Notes: generated by a model from the letters alone, not told the origin. A DNA stretch of 62,988 nt, filler included, from Reclinomonas americana ATCC 50394 (GCA_048213135.1; 20 parts of 20 records of this genome joined end to end with filler, not necessarily neighbours in it), one strand, 5' to 3'. Counted from the whole stretch's first letter, positions 49,628 to 62,305 are shown. A program made the numbers and translations.

Positions 49628-52600
49628 ATGAGGTGTGTGTTCTTTAATTTTCCGACGTATTCTCTCTCTCTCTCACGCTCGTCGACAGTCAGCGACAGAG
49701 GAAGAAAGCATGCGAGATGGCAGCAGAAGGCGATGTGAAGGCACTGCGCGAGTTGGTGGCGCGTGAGGGTGCACAGACGCTGCTGAAGAAAGAGGAGATG
49801 AATGAGTATGGCAGCTCGGCATTTCTCAATGCCGCCTACTATGGCCATCTCTCTGTGTTGGAGTATTTGTGGGAGGAGGGTGGCGTCGGGCCACAACTCG
49901 CACAAATGGTCAATGATAATGGCTGGACGCCACTGATGGTGGCTGCCATCTATGGGCGACTGCAAGTGGTGGAGTGGTTGCTGGCCGATGAGCGCCGATG
50001 TCCGCCGGAGATGGTGCGGGCGGTCTCCAAAGCAGACCAGTTTACTGCGCTGCATATTGCTGCCGTGAATGGCCGCGAAGCCATTGTGTGGCTTCTGGCC
50101 ACTCGCGACCCCGACCTCATTTCCATGGTCGACAGTGAGGGCAACTCGGCGGCTCGGTGGGCACGCGATGACGGCAAGCAGCAAGTGGCCGAGTTGCTCG
50201 ACCGCCTCGCTGCAGATCAGCAACCAGCAGCACGCGAGAAACGACAGCGACCTCCATCTCCCCCTTCACCAGCAGCAGGTGTGATCTCATGCTTGTCGTC
50301 TTCTGCATTTGGTTGAATCGTGCCCTTCTCGACTCACACACCACAATGCTTGCTTCTCTTGCATGTCGCCTTCCAGAACACGCAGAGCCATCACCTCAGG
50401 TTTCATCTCGCTTGTGCATATTGTTCCTCATCTCGCAGGCTCTCTGTGACACCCTTTGTCTTGTTGTGTTTCTCGTGCAGCTTGATGTGATCGCCCTGAC
50501 ACGCCAGGTCGACGATGCGAACAAAGTCATCCACCAACTTATCCGCGAATTCGCCGCAACGCAGCAACAGCAGCAACAGCAGCAACAGCTGCACCGGGAG
50601 TTTTGTCGTCAGCTTCAGGAGGAGGGTCGTCAGCGGCGGGAGCTCGAGGAAATGCGAGCTCATCTACTGCAGCGAGCCAACCCTCAGTGGCGACTGGCGC
50701 AGCAGGTCGCCCTGCTGCGAAGAAAGCTGGAGCGACGGGACGCCACCATTGCGCAAATGCAACGCAATGCCGATAAACAACATCGTCTGGTGGCGGGGTG
50801 GCGGGAACGCGCCGTTAATCTGGAGCAGGATTCGAGTCGGCTGCGCGAGGAGTGCGCGGCCTTGCGTGCCACCGTCGACTGCATGGATGAGCTGCGACAA
50901 GTCGAGCATGCTCGAGCAGTGCGTCTTGCTGCCGACTTGCAACTGGCACAGGCGCAACTCAATGAGCGAGGTGATTTCTCGTGGCATCACACTTTGTGCC
51001 ATTCACGTTCTTCACTGTGACATACACACAACAACAGTGCCGTTGACGGTGTTCACATGGGGGCAAGTGTGCGCCATGAGCGACAACTTTCGACGTCGAC
51101 TGGGCGGTGGTGGTCAAGCACAGGTGTATGCTGGTCGGTGGATGGACGAGGAGGTGGCTGTGAAAGTGATTGATCGCTCAGCGCAGTTTGCCAATGAGGT
51201 GTGTGATCTGAGAGAGAGAGAGAGAGGAGGGAGAGAAGAAGAAGAAGATGATGATGAAAAAGAACAGAAGAAAGAGAAAAAGAATGGGTTGCTGTGAATG
51301 TTGCACTCCAATGGTTGGCGCAGTTGGACAAGCTCAAGGCGGTGTCGGTTCCGGGAATTGTGCGAATGATTGGGTTTGCCGAGTCCGATGCTGGCGAGCG
51401 TTGCATTGTGTTGGAGGGAATGAGGTGAGTGGATGTGGACAGAAGGATGGTGGACGTGAAAAGGAAGAGACAGGGCACGGTGGAGAGACACGAGATTGCG
51501 TAAATTCCCGAACAGGAAGGTCACAGAGACGAAGGCAGAATGCACGCAAGGGAAGAGCATGCGATAGCTGAGCTTGCATGGGGGAAAGAGACAGAGATGG
51601 AAGGATGAAGATAGTAGCGAGAAATGTGGCATCTAAGCACAGCAACGCAAGGGTGGGAATGCAGTCGGTGGAGAGACACGAGATTACTGAGCACAGACAA
51701 GAAAGGCAAGAGTCAGAGGCACAAGAGGAGAATGAAAATGAAAAACACGTACTAACTGAGAACAATATTATGAAGGAAGGCTACAGAGGCTCAAATGTAG
51801 AATGCAAGCAAGTGAAAACACACGATGACTGATCCAGCAAGTGGAAAAGGGGCAGAGACGAGAGAGGAATGATAGAGAGAGAGAGAGAGTAGCGAGATAT
51901 TTGACAAGAATGTAGAAGGAAAAGAGACGGGTCACAAGAGAGGGGAATACAGTCGGGGGCGGGACGCGAGAATTGTGTGCGAGAGGCATACACGTGAGGA
52001 GAACGGAAAAGAGAGAAACGCGTGATAGCTGAGCTCACAATGGGGAAAGGGGCAGAGATGGGGGAGGAAGATTGAATATCGTCGCAAGACGCGTGACGAC
52101 TGAGCACAGATGCGATAAGGAGGAGAGAGTGGCGAGAGAATACAGTCAGGCGAGGGACGCGAGAATTGTGTGCAGACGAGAGAAGAGAAGGGGCAGGGCA
52201 ACGCAAATCAGGGAACATGCATCGTGAGCGACAGGATGCACACATAGAGCACCAACAAGAAAGGAAAAAAGAGGAGAAACAATGCAATGTGTATCTCATT
52301 CTCTGCAATCGTCTGTCTCCCAGTCCATATAATCTCGAACACCGACTGCTCGAGTTTGAGAAGCACGGACTGCCGGTGATGACGATTGAGGATCGCATGA
52401 ACTGCATTCTGCGGTGTGCGGAGGTGGTGTCGGCCATGCACAAGTTGCGTGCAGTCGCGAAGTTAGAGCTCCGTTCCTCCTGCTTGTGCAGATCGCGTAC
52501 CTTATGGCTTCTGCTGTTGTCTCACAGACTGGAAAAGGCGCGTGTGATTCTGGGCACGATGGATGTTTGTTTGCTTACACTCATCTGTTCTTCGTTCCGC

Positions 52601-53508
52601 GTATATTGTTGTTGTCATCCGGCTTCGATGCATTTAAACAGCCTGGTGCGTTGTGTATTCCCGGTTCTTTTGCACATGTGGTGCTCGTGCTGAATCTCTT
52701 GTGATGCGTGCGCAGTGGTTCATCGCGATCTAAAGCCAGCCAACATCCTTTTCGACCAACACAACCGCGCATTCGTGTCGGACATGGGAGCGGCACATTG
52801 GTTCCCAGTCAATGAGGTGCGAGTGCTTGTTTATTCTCTCTCTCAGCACGTGCTGCTCACAAAAGAAAAAACCATGCTCGTCACAGACACACGACAGTGT
52901 CGGCTTTGCCGGCGACCTCAAGTACGCCGACCCAAAGGCGCTGCGCGGTCAACTGCGTCCGAGTGCCGACGTCTACTGTCTCGGTCTCATTCTGCTGCAG
53001 CTGTTCTGTGGCAAGTCGATCACCGACGTGCACACTGCATTGGACCGGATGCTAGACATGGACGAAGAGGTCGTGGGTGATTTCGCCTCAGAGATGGCGG
53101 ATGCGCGTGTGGGTCGCGTGTGGCCTGCTCTGGTGTGCGAGCGGATTGTGCGGCTGTGTTTGCGGTGAGTATGATTGACAGGATGAAGGGCTTGTTCATC
53201 CTCCCCCACTCACACGCTCTTGTTGATCATGCAGGTGCGTGGATCAGCGCGACGCTCGTCGTCCCACCGCCGAGCAGCTGGCCAGCGAACTGCGCGACTT
53301 GGCGGCACTGTCGGCGCGTCGAGTATGCATGGTTTGCGACGGTGTGCGCGACACGTGCTTGCGTCCGTGCGGGCATCAGGTGTTGTGTCGCGTGTGTGCG
53401 CAAGAAATGGTGACGCGTCGCGGTCAGTGCCCGGTGTGTCGGGGGCTGATTGCTCGGTTTGATGTGGGTGAGGAGTTTGGATGTCACACGTATCTGGCGC
53501 CGCGGTGA
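49628..53508 (+). CDS. Ankyrin-repeat / coiled-coil / IRAK-Pelle-like kinase / C-terminal RING (C3HC4) protein, multi-exon
   Basis: Exons include 49628-49632, 49689-50278 (GWTPLMVAAIYG, TALHIAAVNG), 50377-50399, 50481-50970 (coiled coil), 51038-51198 (GGGGQAQVY, VAVK) and 51324-51424. Later exons give HRDLKPANIL, DMG, DVYCLG and 53235-53508 CMVC...PCGH..LC..C...CPVCR. Confidence 0.88.
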
Positions 53509-53700
53509 CGAAGGAGGAGTGCGGGGGTTGAATGGAAGATTGGTGATTAAATAACCATACTCACTTGTGTGTCCAAGTAAAGGGGGTTTGTGCACGAAAA
53601 TGTACGCAGCGCCGAGTGGAGACGCTGGTAGCGGCGGAGGCAGGTGCGCTGTATTCCACTCATCGCACTGAGTTCAACATATTTCCCTCCCTCCTCTCTC

Positions 53701-53781
<81 letters not shown>

Positions 53782-54097
53782 GTCGTCGTCCGTCGTCGTC
53801 GTCGTCGTACGTACGTACGTACGTACGTACGTACGTACGTACGTACGTACGTACGTACGTACGTACGTACGTACGTACGTACGTACNNNNNNNNNNNNNN
53901 NNNNNNNNNNNNNNNNNNNNNNNNNNNNNNTTAATTAATTAANNNNNNNNNNNNNNNNNNNNNNNNNNNNNNNNNNNNNNNNNNNNGGACCGGACGTTCG
54001 GTACGGTCGGGACGGGACGGACGGTACGGCGTCGTCTTACCTTACCTACCTACTACTCCTACTAGTACGTACTACTATTACTCCTCCTCCTCCTCTC

Positions 54098-54142
<45 letters not shown>

Positions 54143-54177
54143 CACTGTGTTTGCGTGTGTGCATGCTCTCCGCCCAG

Positions 54178-57100
54178 CCTCCAGCGAAGAAAGAGAGCCT
54201 TCGAAATGGGCTACAACGGCGACGTAGATGCATTGCGTAACCTGGTCACACAAGAGGGCGCACGTACTCTGCTACGGAGAGAGGAGATCGACGCTTACAA
54301 TGGCTCGGCATTTTACAATGCCTCCTTTTACGGTCACCTCTCTGTGCTGGAGTACCTGTGGGAGGAGACTGGCGTTGCTGCACAACTCGCACGCATGGTC
54401 ACCGATCACGGATTCACTCCGCTCATGGCTGCTGCCGCCAATGGCCATCTTCCAGTGGTGGAGTGGCTACTTGCCGATGATCGTCGTTGCCCGCCAGAGA
54501 TGGTGTGGGCGGTCTCCAGTGAGCACTCCAGTGATCCACAGTCCACTGCACTGCATTGGGCGGCGTATTACGGACAGGAATCGGTGGTGCGATTGCTTAC
54601 CGCTCGGTATCCCGACCTCGTGCCGCTGGTAAATGCGAAGGGCAAGACAGCAGCGCAGTGGGCTCGCGATGAGGGCAAGCAGCAAGTGGCGGAGTTGCTC
54701 GAACGCTTCGCTGCGCAGTCAGCACCACGCCAACAGCAGCTGCTGCAACAGCAACAGCAACAGCAACAAGAGCGACAACAGCCGCGACTACCACCTGCTC
54801 GCACAGCTCCCATGCCCGGTAAGTCGTCGAGACCCTTTACTTTCGATATATCTTGCTCACTCCCTGTTCATTGGACACATGCAGGTCAATCTAGCCCGGT
54901 AAGTGTCCTCCTTCACGTGGACTACAAATCCTGGTTTTCTCACGCAGTGTCAAACAGTTGTTTCACAACCCCGGAAGTGGAACTCGACCAATCGCCGACA
55001 GCAATGGCATACTCATCTTACAGTTGCAACGCGATCTTGCTGCTGTGCAGCTGGAGCGAGAGGAACAGCGACGAGAGTGGAGCCAGCAGCGACAGGAATT
55101 TGAAGACATCGTGGCTCAACTGCAGCAGGCCAACGCAGAGCTACAACAAGGAGCGGGCGAGGAGCAGCAAAAGAATGTCCAGTTGCAGCGTGTGGTGACG
55201 GAGCTGCAACAGGTCAAAGCGGAGGAACAGAGGAAGAATGCCCACTGGCAGCGCGCGAATGCGGAGTTGGAAGGAGCGCACGCAGAGGAGCAGCAACGTG
55301 TCTACCAACTGCAGCGTGCCAACGCCGAACTTCAGCTTGGCAAGGGCGAGGATCAGCAGCGACTTGCCGATCTGCTGCATGCCAAGGCGGCACAGGAACA
55401 GAGGATTGCCGAGCTGCAGAGAGTCAACACGGAGCTGCTGCAAGGCAAGGCTGACGAAGAGCAGAAGAGTGCCAATTTGCTGCTAGCGAACACGGTGCTG
55501 CTGCAAGGCAAGGCGGCGGAGGAGCTGAGGAATGCCGAGCTGCAACAGGGTAAGGCTGCTGAGGAGCAGAAGAACGCTGAACTGCGACGAGTCAACGCAG
55601 AGCTGTTGCGAGACAGGGCCGCAGAGGAGCACAGGATAGCTGAACTTCAGCGAATCAATGCCAAACTCCAACAAGGCAAAGGAGAAGAGGAGCGGAGGAT
55701 TGCTGAATTGCAGCGAGAAAACGCAGAGCTGCTGCAAGGCAAGGCCGTGGAAGAGCAGAAGAACACACAACTTCAGCATGTCAACACGGAGCTGCAGCAC
55801 GACAAGGCTGAGTTGCAGCGGCAACTCTCTCAAGTGCAGTTCGAGCGAGATAATCTCGCCAGTCAGCTGACTGCGGCTGCGCACGATAAGGAGAGCCTCG
55901 CCGCTCAACTGGCAACCATGCAACAGCAAGTGGACGAGAAGGAAAGACTTGTCTCCCAGCTGCGGCAAGAGCTTCTTCTTGCCCAAGGTCAGCATTTCTT
56001 AAGTTGTCTTCTCCTTGGCCAGCCACTGACGCATTCCGTTTTTTTTTCCACAGTCGATGCTGCAGTGCAGCGCTTCGAGTGGCCAGAGATTGTGCACGCC
56101 ACCGACTCATTCTCGCCACGTCTCAAGGTTGGCCAGGGTGGTCAGGGTGCGGTCTTCATGTGCTATCTCCGTGAGATCTATGTGGCCATCAAGGTGCTCG
56201 ACGCCGCTGCGCCATGGACGATGGAATCGTTTGAGAGTGAGGTCTGTGTCTTTCCCTCTCCTGTTTCCTTCTCCCTCTCTCTCTTCCATCCTATCTTACT
56301 TTTCCATCTCACAGGTGGCCACTCTTGGACGCCTGCGCGACCGTCGCATTGTGCCGCTTGTCGGCTACTCTGTGGGCGACGACAAGGCTCGCTGTCTCGT
56401 GTACAAGGCCCTACAGTGCGTGATCGTCTCACTACTTTCTCCTCTCTACATCGCCTCACCTGTGAGCACGCAGAGTTCCCAACCTTGAAGATCTGTTGTT
56501 GCTTCGCGCCGGTCGAACTCCACTCTCCGTCGTACAGCGTGTGCAGATTGGACTTGGCCTGATCGAGGCCGTGGCCTTCTTGCACAAGGTTCTTAAATAG
56601 ATGCAGCGATCTGTGCTCATTCACCAGAGACTATTCGCTTCAGTCGCCCGTCTTTTATGTTTGTCTCTCTTTGTTGCTCATATTCTCCTATTCCCAGTTC
56701 CTGTTGCACATCTCTTACCATTCCTTTGCAGAACAATGTGGTACACCGCGATATCAAGCCCTCGAATGTGCTCCTCGATCATCGTTTCGAACCGTGTCTC
56801 GGTGACTTTGGCATTGCGCGGTCGATTGTTGGTGACAAGGTTTCCAACTTCCCTCTCAGTCTTTCTGTCTCCCTCCGTCGCTCACTTTCTCGTCGTGGCC
56901 AGACTACGACCGCCGCCGGCACCATGGACTACATGGACCCGCTGGCGATTCGCGTGAGACGACCGCTGCCCAAGAACGACCTGTACAGCGTGGGCGTGGT
57001 GCTGGTGCAGCTGGTCACCGGCAAGTCCGTGGCCACTGTGGGAGAGTGGTCCATGGAGTGGGACGACTCGCTCGTCTCGATGCGTGTCATGGATGTGGTG

Positions 57101-57268
57101 GACAGTGTCGATGGCGAAGAGTGGACGGCACGCATCGCCGAACCCATCTTTGAACTCGGCTTGCGGTGCATGAGCGTGCGGCGTGATCGACCAACGGCGC
57201 AGGAGGCGCTCGAGGTCATGCGTGCAGTGCGGGAGGCATGTGGGAAGTTTACGTTGGAGATGGATTGA
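54178..57268 (+). CDS. Ankyrin-repeat / long coiled-coil / IRAK-Pelle-like kinase paralogue, no RING; first micro-exon probably in gap
   Basis: Ankyrin region collinear with 49689-50278. Kinase motifs: FEWPEIVHATDSFS...VGQGGQGAVF, VAIK, HRDIKPSNVLLD, DFG, GTMDYMDP, DLYSVG. Confidence 0.88.
55120..55810 (+). repeat. Coding tandem repeat of 21-aa (63-nt) and 14-aa units forming a coiled coil
   Basis: GKAxEEQxNAELQRxNxELLQ repeated about 11 times. Confidence 0.85.
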
Positions 57269-57580
57269 AAAGCGATGTGACGAGAGATTGATCGTCAGCG
57301 AGTGAGTTGGATTCAGATCGCAGCGGTGGGCGAATGAGTGAGAGGACAGCGTTGTTTTCGGGTAAGTCTTGCTGAAGTACCAGGTTCACGAGACAATTGT
57401 TTCACCAGCAGCATTGCTGCCTCACACTGCCCAATCACGACAATTACTTGTCACGTGTCCCAAAGCTCCGTCTTGTCGGAAAAATCTGTCATCATGCGCC
57501 TCATCGCGAGAGTTGCCTTTGATGCCGGCCCCGAAAAGTTCATCACTGACTATCCCACGGGCATGCCACCCACAATCGTA

Positions 57581-57665
<85 letters not shown>

Positions 57666-58933
57666 NNNNNNNNNNNNNNNNNNNNNNNNNNNNNNNNNNN
57701 NNNNNNNNNTTAATTAATTAANNNNNNNNNNNNNNNNNNNNNNNNNNNNNNNNNNNNNNNNNNNNACAATACGGTGAAATTCGACCGCCGGCGCCGCCGC
57801 CTCTGCCGACTGCGTTGTCGTCGTCGGTGGGTGATGTGGAGGGTAGAAGGGGAGAGAGAGAGAGAGGAAGGGGAATAGAGAGCGAGAAAGAGAATTTCGT
57901 CTGCTCACGTGCCACTGACTCTTCCCAGGCTGCGTCGGTGATGCTGGCGGCGCACACTCGGGCCGACGCCATGCCCTCAGCCGTACCGACCGTGGCCACG
58001 ACAACGACAACGACGACGGCAGCAGCAGCACGACAAGGTACGTCAGCACAGCTTTGAGAGCGCACGTTGTTGGCGTGTGTCCTGACATGGTTCCTTTCCT
58101 TGCAGAGACAAGAATATGAGTGAAAAATCTATACGTGTGATATCTGGCCGAGGGTACGGCAGTCTGAAGTGTTGCATGCCACGCGAGAGATGTTGCTCCA
58201 TTGTCTGTACGCTGATTCTCTGTCGAGACAGCAGCTGGGGGAGTACTCGTCAGCAGACTCGTGTTCTTGTGGATCGATGCGGATTGGGCAGAAGGAAGTG
58301 CACCTTTGCTGTGTGTGATTCTCCTTCAACTGTACTCGACACGATCGCAGCGAGCGCGGTTGGAATGCAGTCTCGATAATGAGTCGGGTTCAGCTGGATC
58401 TCCGAGTTCGTGACCTTTTCATGTGTCTGTCGGCAGTTCTTCCTCTGTTTCCATCGAGAGGATGCTGCTCTGATGCAGCTACTCATGTGCAGTGTTGTAC
58501 TCCGTGTGGAGTTGTTGTCCATCATTATCTCTTGCAGAAACGCCAGCATTATCCATCTCGACTTTTTTCTCGTTTTTTCCGTGATGTCTGAGTTTCTGGT
58601 GCTCACTCAAGATGGTGATCATCATGCAGCTGTGTTGCCGTTTGGATTAGAAAAGTTGTTGTTGTTGTCACCTGATCCACGAGAGAGATTCAAAACAAAG
58701 AAAGATCCAAAGCTGATCATGGAGAACAATCGCAGTTGACGATGCACCCAACGTTGCCCAGTTCCTCCTTCCCCTTTTCCCTACACTCTTCCTCCTCCTC
58801 CCTTCACATCACGACTTGTCACCTTTTCACCTTGCTGTTCGGATCAACGAATCTTCATTGCTTTCTCTCTCTTCGTTTCTTGCATCACGCAGTGCGTGTG
58901 CGTGTGCGAGACAAGAACAACAGAGACACACAA

Positions 58934-59270
58934 ATGGCCGCTCGACGCCCTCCTCCTCCTCCTCGTCCTCACTCAACAACAGCTCCTTCGCTGCCAATGT
59001 CTGCCTCTTCTCCGTGCGACGACGACGAGAAAGCAGAGTTGATGCTCATCGACAGCAAGCAGCATGTGCCGACGATGATGATGATGCATTCCTCCTCCTC
59101 TTCCTCCATCGACAGCAACGATGATGATGATGATGAGAAGAAGAAAAAGCAGAGCGCATCGGGGTCGTCTGCTCATCGTGGTGTGCCTGCGATGGCGAGG
59201 CGACGAGTGCCTGTCTTTTCTTCCTCTTCTTCCACGTCTGTCACCACCACCAGTGTCACTGCCAAGAAAG
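58934..59270 (+). CDS. Possible first exon of a low-complexity hypothetical protein
   Basis: ATG GCC GCT CGA... is open to AAG|GTGTGT, followed by a CT-repeat intron. Confidence 0.35.
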
Positions 59271-59289
59271 GTGTGTATGTGTGCGTGTG

Positions 59290-59328
<39 letters not shown>

Positions 59329-59503
59329 CTCTCCTTGTGCCTTTTGCACGTTGTGTTGCCGGTGTACTCAGCTGTGCGTATTCTCTCCATCCTCCTCTGT
59401 GACTGTTTGAGCTCCACATCTGCATTCTTTTCAATGTGATGCTGAGCGATGATGATGGAGAGTGCATCGTTTCTCTCCCCCCTCTTCCTCCTCCTCCCCC
59501 CTC

Positions 59504-59623
<120 letters not shown>

Positions 59624-59750
59624 CTCTCTACTCTCTCTCTCGTCTACTCTNNNNNNNNNNNNNNNNNNNNNNNNNNNNNNNNNNNNNNNNNNNNTTAATT
59701 AATTAANNNNNNNNNNNNNNNNNNNNNNNNNNNNNNNNNNNNNNNNNNNN

Positions 59751-60074
59751 GAGGTGCGTGCGATCTTCGCCGCGACGGACTTCTCCCGACAGGGGCCGAA
59801 CACGCCGAGCTCGGTCGACGACTTCCTCGACCGGCTCGACGCGGACAGGCGGCGAGGATTCGCCGTCGTGGATCAGGAAGCCGAGCCGGGCCTCTACTCG
59901 GTGGCCGCGCCCGTGTGGGACTTCCGGGGCGAGGTCGTCGGTGCCGTGCAGGTCGTGGGAACCCGCGATTCGCTCCACCCGCGGACCGCCGAGTGCGGAG
60001 CCGCGTGTGCGGCCGCGGCAGCGGACCTGTCGCGACAGCTCGGAGCTCCGGCTTCCCCGACGATCTCGGGTTAG
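59751..60074 (+). CDS. IclR-family regulator, C-terminal effector domain (5' truncated)
   Basis: RRRGFAVVDQEAEPGLYSVAAPVWDFRGEVVGAV. Confidence 0.85.
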   Translation, partial: EVRAIFAATDFSRQGPNTPSSVDDFLDRLDADRRRGFAVVDQEAEPGLYSVAAPVWDFRGEVVGAVQVVGTRDSLHPRTAECGAACAAAAADLSRQLGAPASPTISG

Positions 60075-60820
60075 AGGGCGTCGGCGGCAGTCGTCAGCTC
60101 TCGAGCGAAGTGCGTGAGCAGAGCGCGGGTCTCGCGCGTCGCGCCCTTCGGGCGATGCCGACCGCGCACCGCGAGCGACGCGATCACCTCGCCTCCGCGC
60201 CGGATCGGCAGAGCGAACTCGTCGATGCCCTCGTCATACTCCTCGGATGCCGAGATCAGACCGTCGGCGCGATCGCGTGCCAGTAGCCCGCGCACATCCT
60301 CGATCGAACGCCCCGCTGTCGGCCCGCCGACGCCGATGAACTGGACGTTCTCGAGAAGGGCCTCGAGCTGTTCGGCGCTGTGGTCCCAGAGCAGCGCCCG
60401 TCCCGCGCCGGTGCACCAGATCGGCGTCACCAGTCCTTCGCGGACCGATCTGTCCGATCCGTCGGCCGACCGCTCGAAGCGCAGCAGGACACCTCGTGGG
60501 CCGTCGGCGACCGTGACCAGCGCGTTCACCCCGAGCTGGGAGGCGAGGGCGCGCAGGGCGGTCCGAGATGCGCGCAGCCATGCCACGTTGAGCGCGGCAG
60601 CCGTGTGGAAGAACTCGGGTCCGGCCGAGAAGCGGGCGTCATCGTCTCTGCGGAGGAAGTCTCGCGCCCGCAGTTCCTGGGTGAGCCGGGACACCCTGCT
60701 GCGCTCGATGTCGGTGTGCTCGGCGAGACGAGACGCGTTCAGCCCGGGTCGTGCGCGGCGTTCCTGTTCGATCGCCGCGTCGAGAAGGCTCAGTCCCTGT
60801 GCGAGCGAGGATGACGCCAC
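60071..60820 (-). CDS. IclR-family transcriptional regulator
   Basis: N-terminal HTH (SLAQGLSLL...RSRVSRL), CTGAGRALL and EEYDEGIDEFALPI. Confidence 0.88.
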   Translation of the reverse strand: MASSSLAQGLSLLDAAIEQERRARPGLNASRLAEHTDIERSRVSRLTQELRARDFLRRDDDARFSAGPEFFHTAAALNVAWLRASRTALRALASQLGVNALVTVADGPRGVLLRFERSADGSDRSVREGLVTPIWCTGAGRALLWDHSAEQLEALLENVQFIGVGGPTAGRSIEDVRGLLARDRADGLISASEEYDEGIDEFALPIRRGGEVIASLAVRGRHRPKGATRETRALLTHFARELTTAADAL

Positions 60821-60856
60821 CGGCCGACCTCCCCTGGGTACGCGATCACGCTCATC

Positions 60857-62305
60857 CTATCCGGCGGCCCGCACGCCCTTGCGTCCGTGGCGCCACCAGA
60901 AGTAGAGGTAGCACGCTCCGACGAAGGGGATGCCGAAGTAGAGCGCGGCCACCTGATTCGGGTCGAACGCGATCGCGACGATCGAGATGAGCAGAAGCGA
61001 GAACGCGACGATCGGCAGCGCCGGGTAGAGCGGCGTCCGGTAGGCGAGGTCCTGCACGCGACCGCCTTCGCGGAGGAACTTCCGGCGATGGAAGAACTGC
61101 GAGGCGACGATCGACATCCACACGGCCACCACGGCGAATCCGGCGATCGACACGAGCACCAGGTAGACGGTGCCGGCGGCGATCACGCTGGTGAGCAGCG
61201 AGACGAGTCCGATCAGGATGCTGACGCTGAGGGCGATGAGCGGCACACCGCGGCGCGTGAGGCGTGTGAACGCCTTCGGTGCATGACCTTCCTCGGCGAG
61301 CGAGAACAGCATGCGCGCGCACGAGAAGAGTCCGCTGTTGCCCGCCGAGAGGAGAGCGGTGATGATCACGAAGTTCATGATGTCGGCGGCGAACGGCACA
61401 CCCACGTACTGGAAGACGTCGACGAACGGGCTGCTGGTGACGCTGGCCTTCTCGTACGGGAGGATCGCCGCGATGACCGCGATCGCGCCGACGAAGAGCA
61501 CGACGAGACGCAGCACCGTCGAGCGCAGAGCCCGCGGGATGTTCTTCGCCGGGTCCTTCGTCTCGCCGGCGGCGACGCCGATCAGCTCGGACCCGCTGAA
61601 CGCGTAGAAGACGGCGAGAGCCGTGACGATCACACCGCTGAAGCCGTTCGGGAACAGGCCGCCGGGAGTGTCGAAGTTGGAGAGCAGGACGGCGGGCGGA
61701 TGCTCGGCCGACAGCGGCGTGAAGCCGAAGATCGCCGCGCCGCCGAGCACGATGAGCCCGACGATCGCGACGACCTTGACCAGCGAGAACCAGAACTCCG
61801 CCTCACCGAACACGCGAGCCGAGATCGCATTGAGCACGAACAGCACCGAGGCGAAGATCAGGCACCAGGCCCACACCGGCACCCCGGGGAACCAGCGCTG
61901 CATGAGGATGCCGGATGCCGTGAACTCCGACCCCAGGGCGACGACCCAGCAGAGCCAGTAGAGCCAGGCGGTGGTGAAGCCCGTCGCGGGGCCGATCGAC
62001 CGCGACGCATAGATGTGGAAGGCCCCCGAGACGGGGTAGGCGACGGCCAGCTCACCCAGGCATGCCATGACGAGGTAGACGACGAACGCGCCGATCAGGT
62101 ACGCGACGATCGCGCCGAGCGGACCCGCCTGTGAGATCGTGTACCCGGAGCTCAGGAAGAGGCCCGATCCGATCACCCCGCCGAGCGCGATCATGATCAG
62201 GTGGCGAGCGTCCATGGTGCGCTGGAGTCGACGCAGCGGCACCTGGGTGGCCGTGGTGTTCGGCAGGACGTTGGGGAGGGGCTTCGCGCCGGGAAGAGGC
62301 GTCAT
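60857..62305 (-). CDS. APC-superfamily amino acid permease (MmuP/RocE-like)
   Basis: RHLIMIALGGVIGSGLFL, GEAEFWFSLVKV, FSGSELIGVAAGE; about 12 TM segments; likely start ATG 62305. Confidence 0.92.
   Translation of the reverse strand: MTPLPGAKPLPNVLPNTTATQVPLRRLQRTMDARHLIMIALGGVIGSGLFLSSGYTISQAGPLGAIVAYLIGAFVVYLVMACLGELAVAYPVSGAFHIYASRSIGPATGFTTAWLYWLCWVVALGSEFTASGILMQRWFPGVPVWAWCLIFASVLFVLNAISARVFGEAEFWFSLVKVVAIVGLIVLGGAAIFGFTPLSAEHPPAVLLSNFDTPGGLFPNGFSGVIVTALAVFYAFSGSELIGVAAGETKDPAKNIPRALRSTVLRLVVLFVGAIAVIAAILPYEKASVTSSPFVDVFQYVGVPFAADIMNFVIITALLSAGNSGLFSCARMLFSLAEEGHAPKAFTRLTRRGVPLIALSVSILIGLVSLLTSVIAAGTVYLVLVSIAGFAVVAVWMSIVASQFFHRRKFLREGGRVQDLAYRTPLYPALPIVAFSLLLISIVAIAFDPNQVAALYFGIPFVGACYLYFWWRHGRKGVRAAG

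Noticed and set aside
53775..53886. (ACGT)n / GTAC-like runs at piece ends (also ~44150-44194, 44295-44380, 53987-54075)
   Set aside because: They occur only at contig ends next to microsatellites and match pyrosequencing TACG flow-order noise; not telomeres.
60887..62134. Long antisense ORFs over bacterial genes (also 3247..4173, 4302..5543)
   Set aside because: Shadow ORFs of high-GC coding sequence on the opposite strand.
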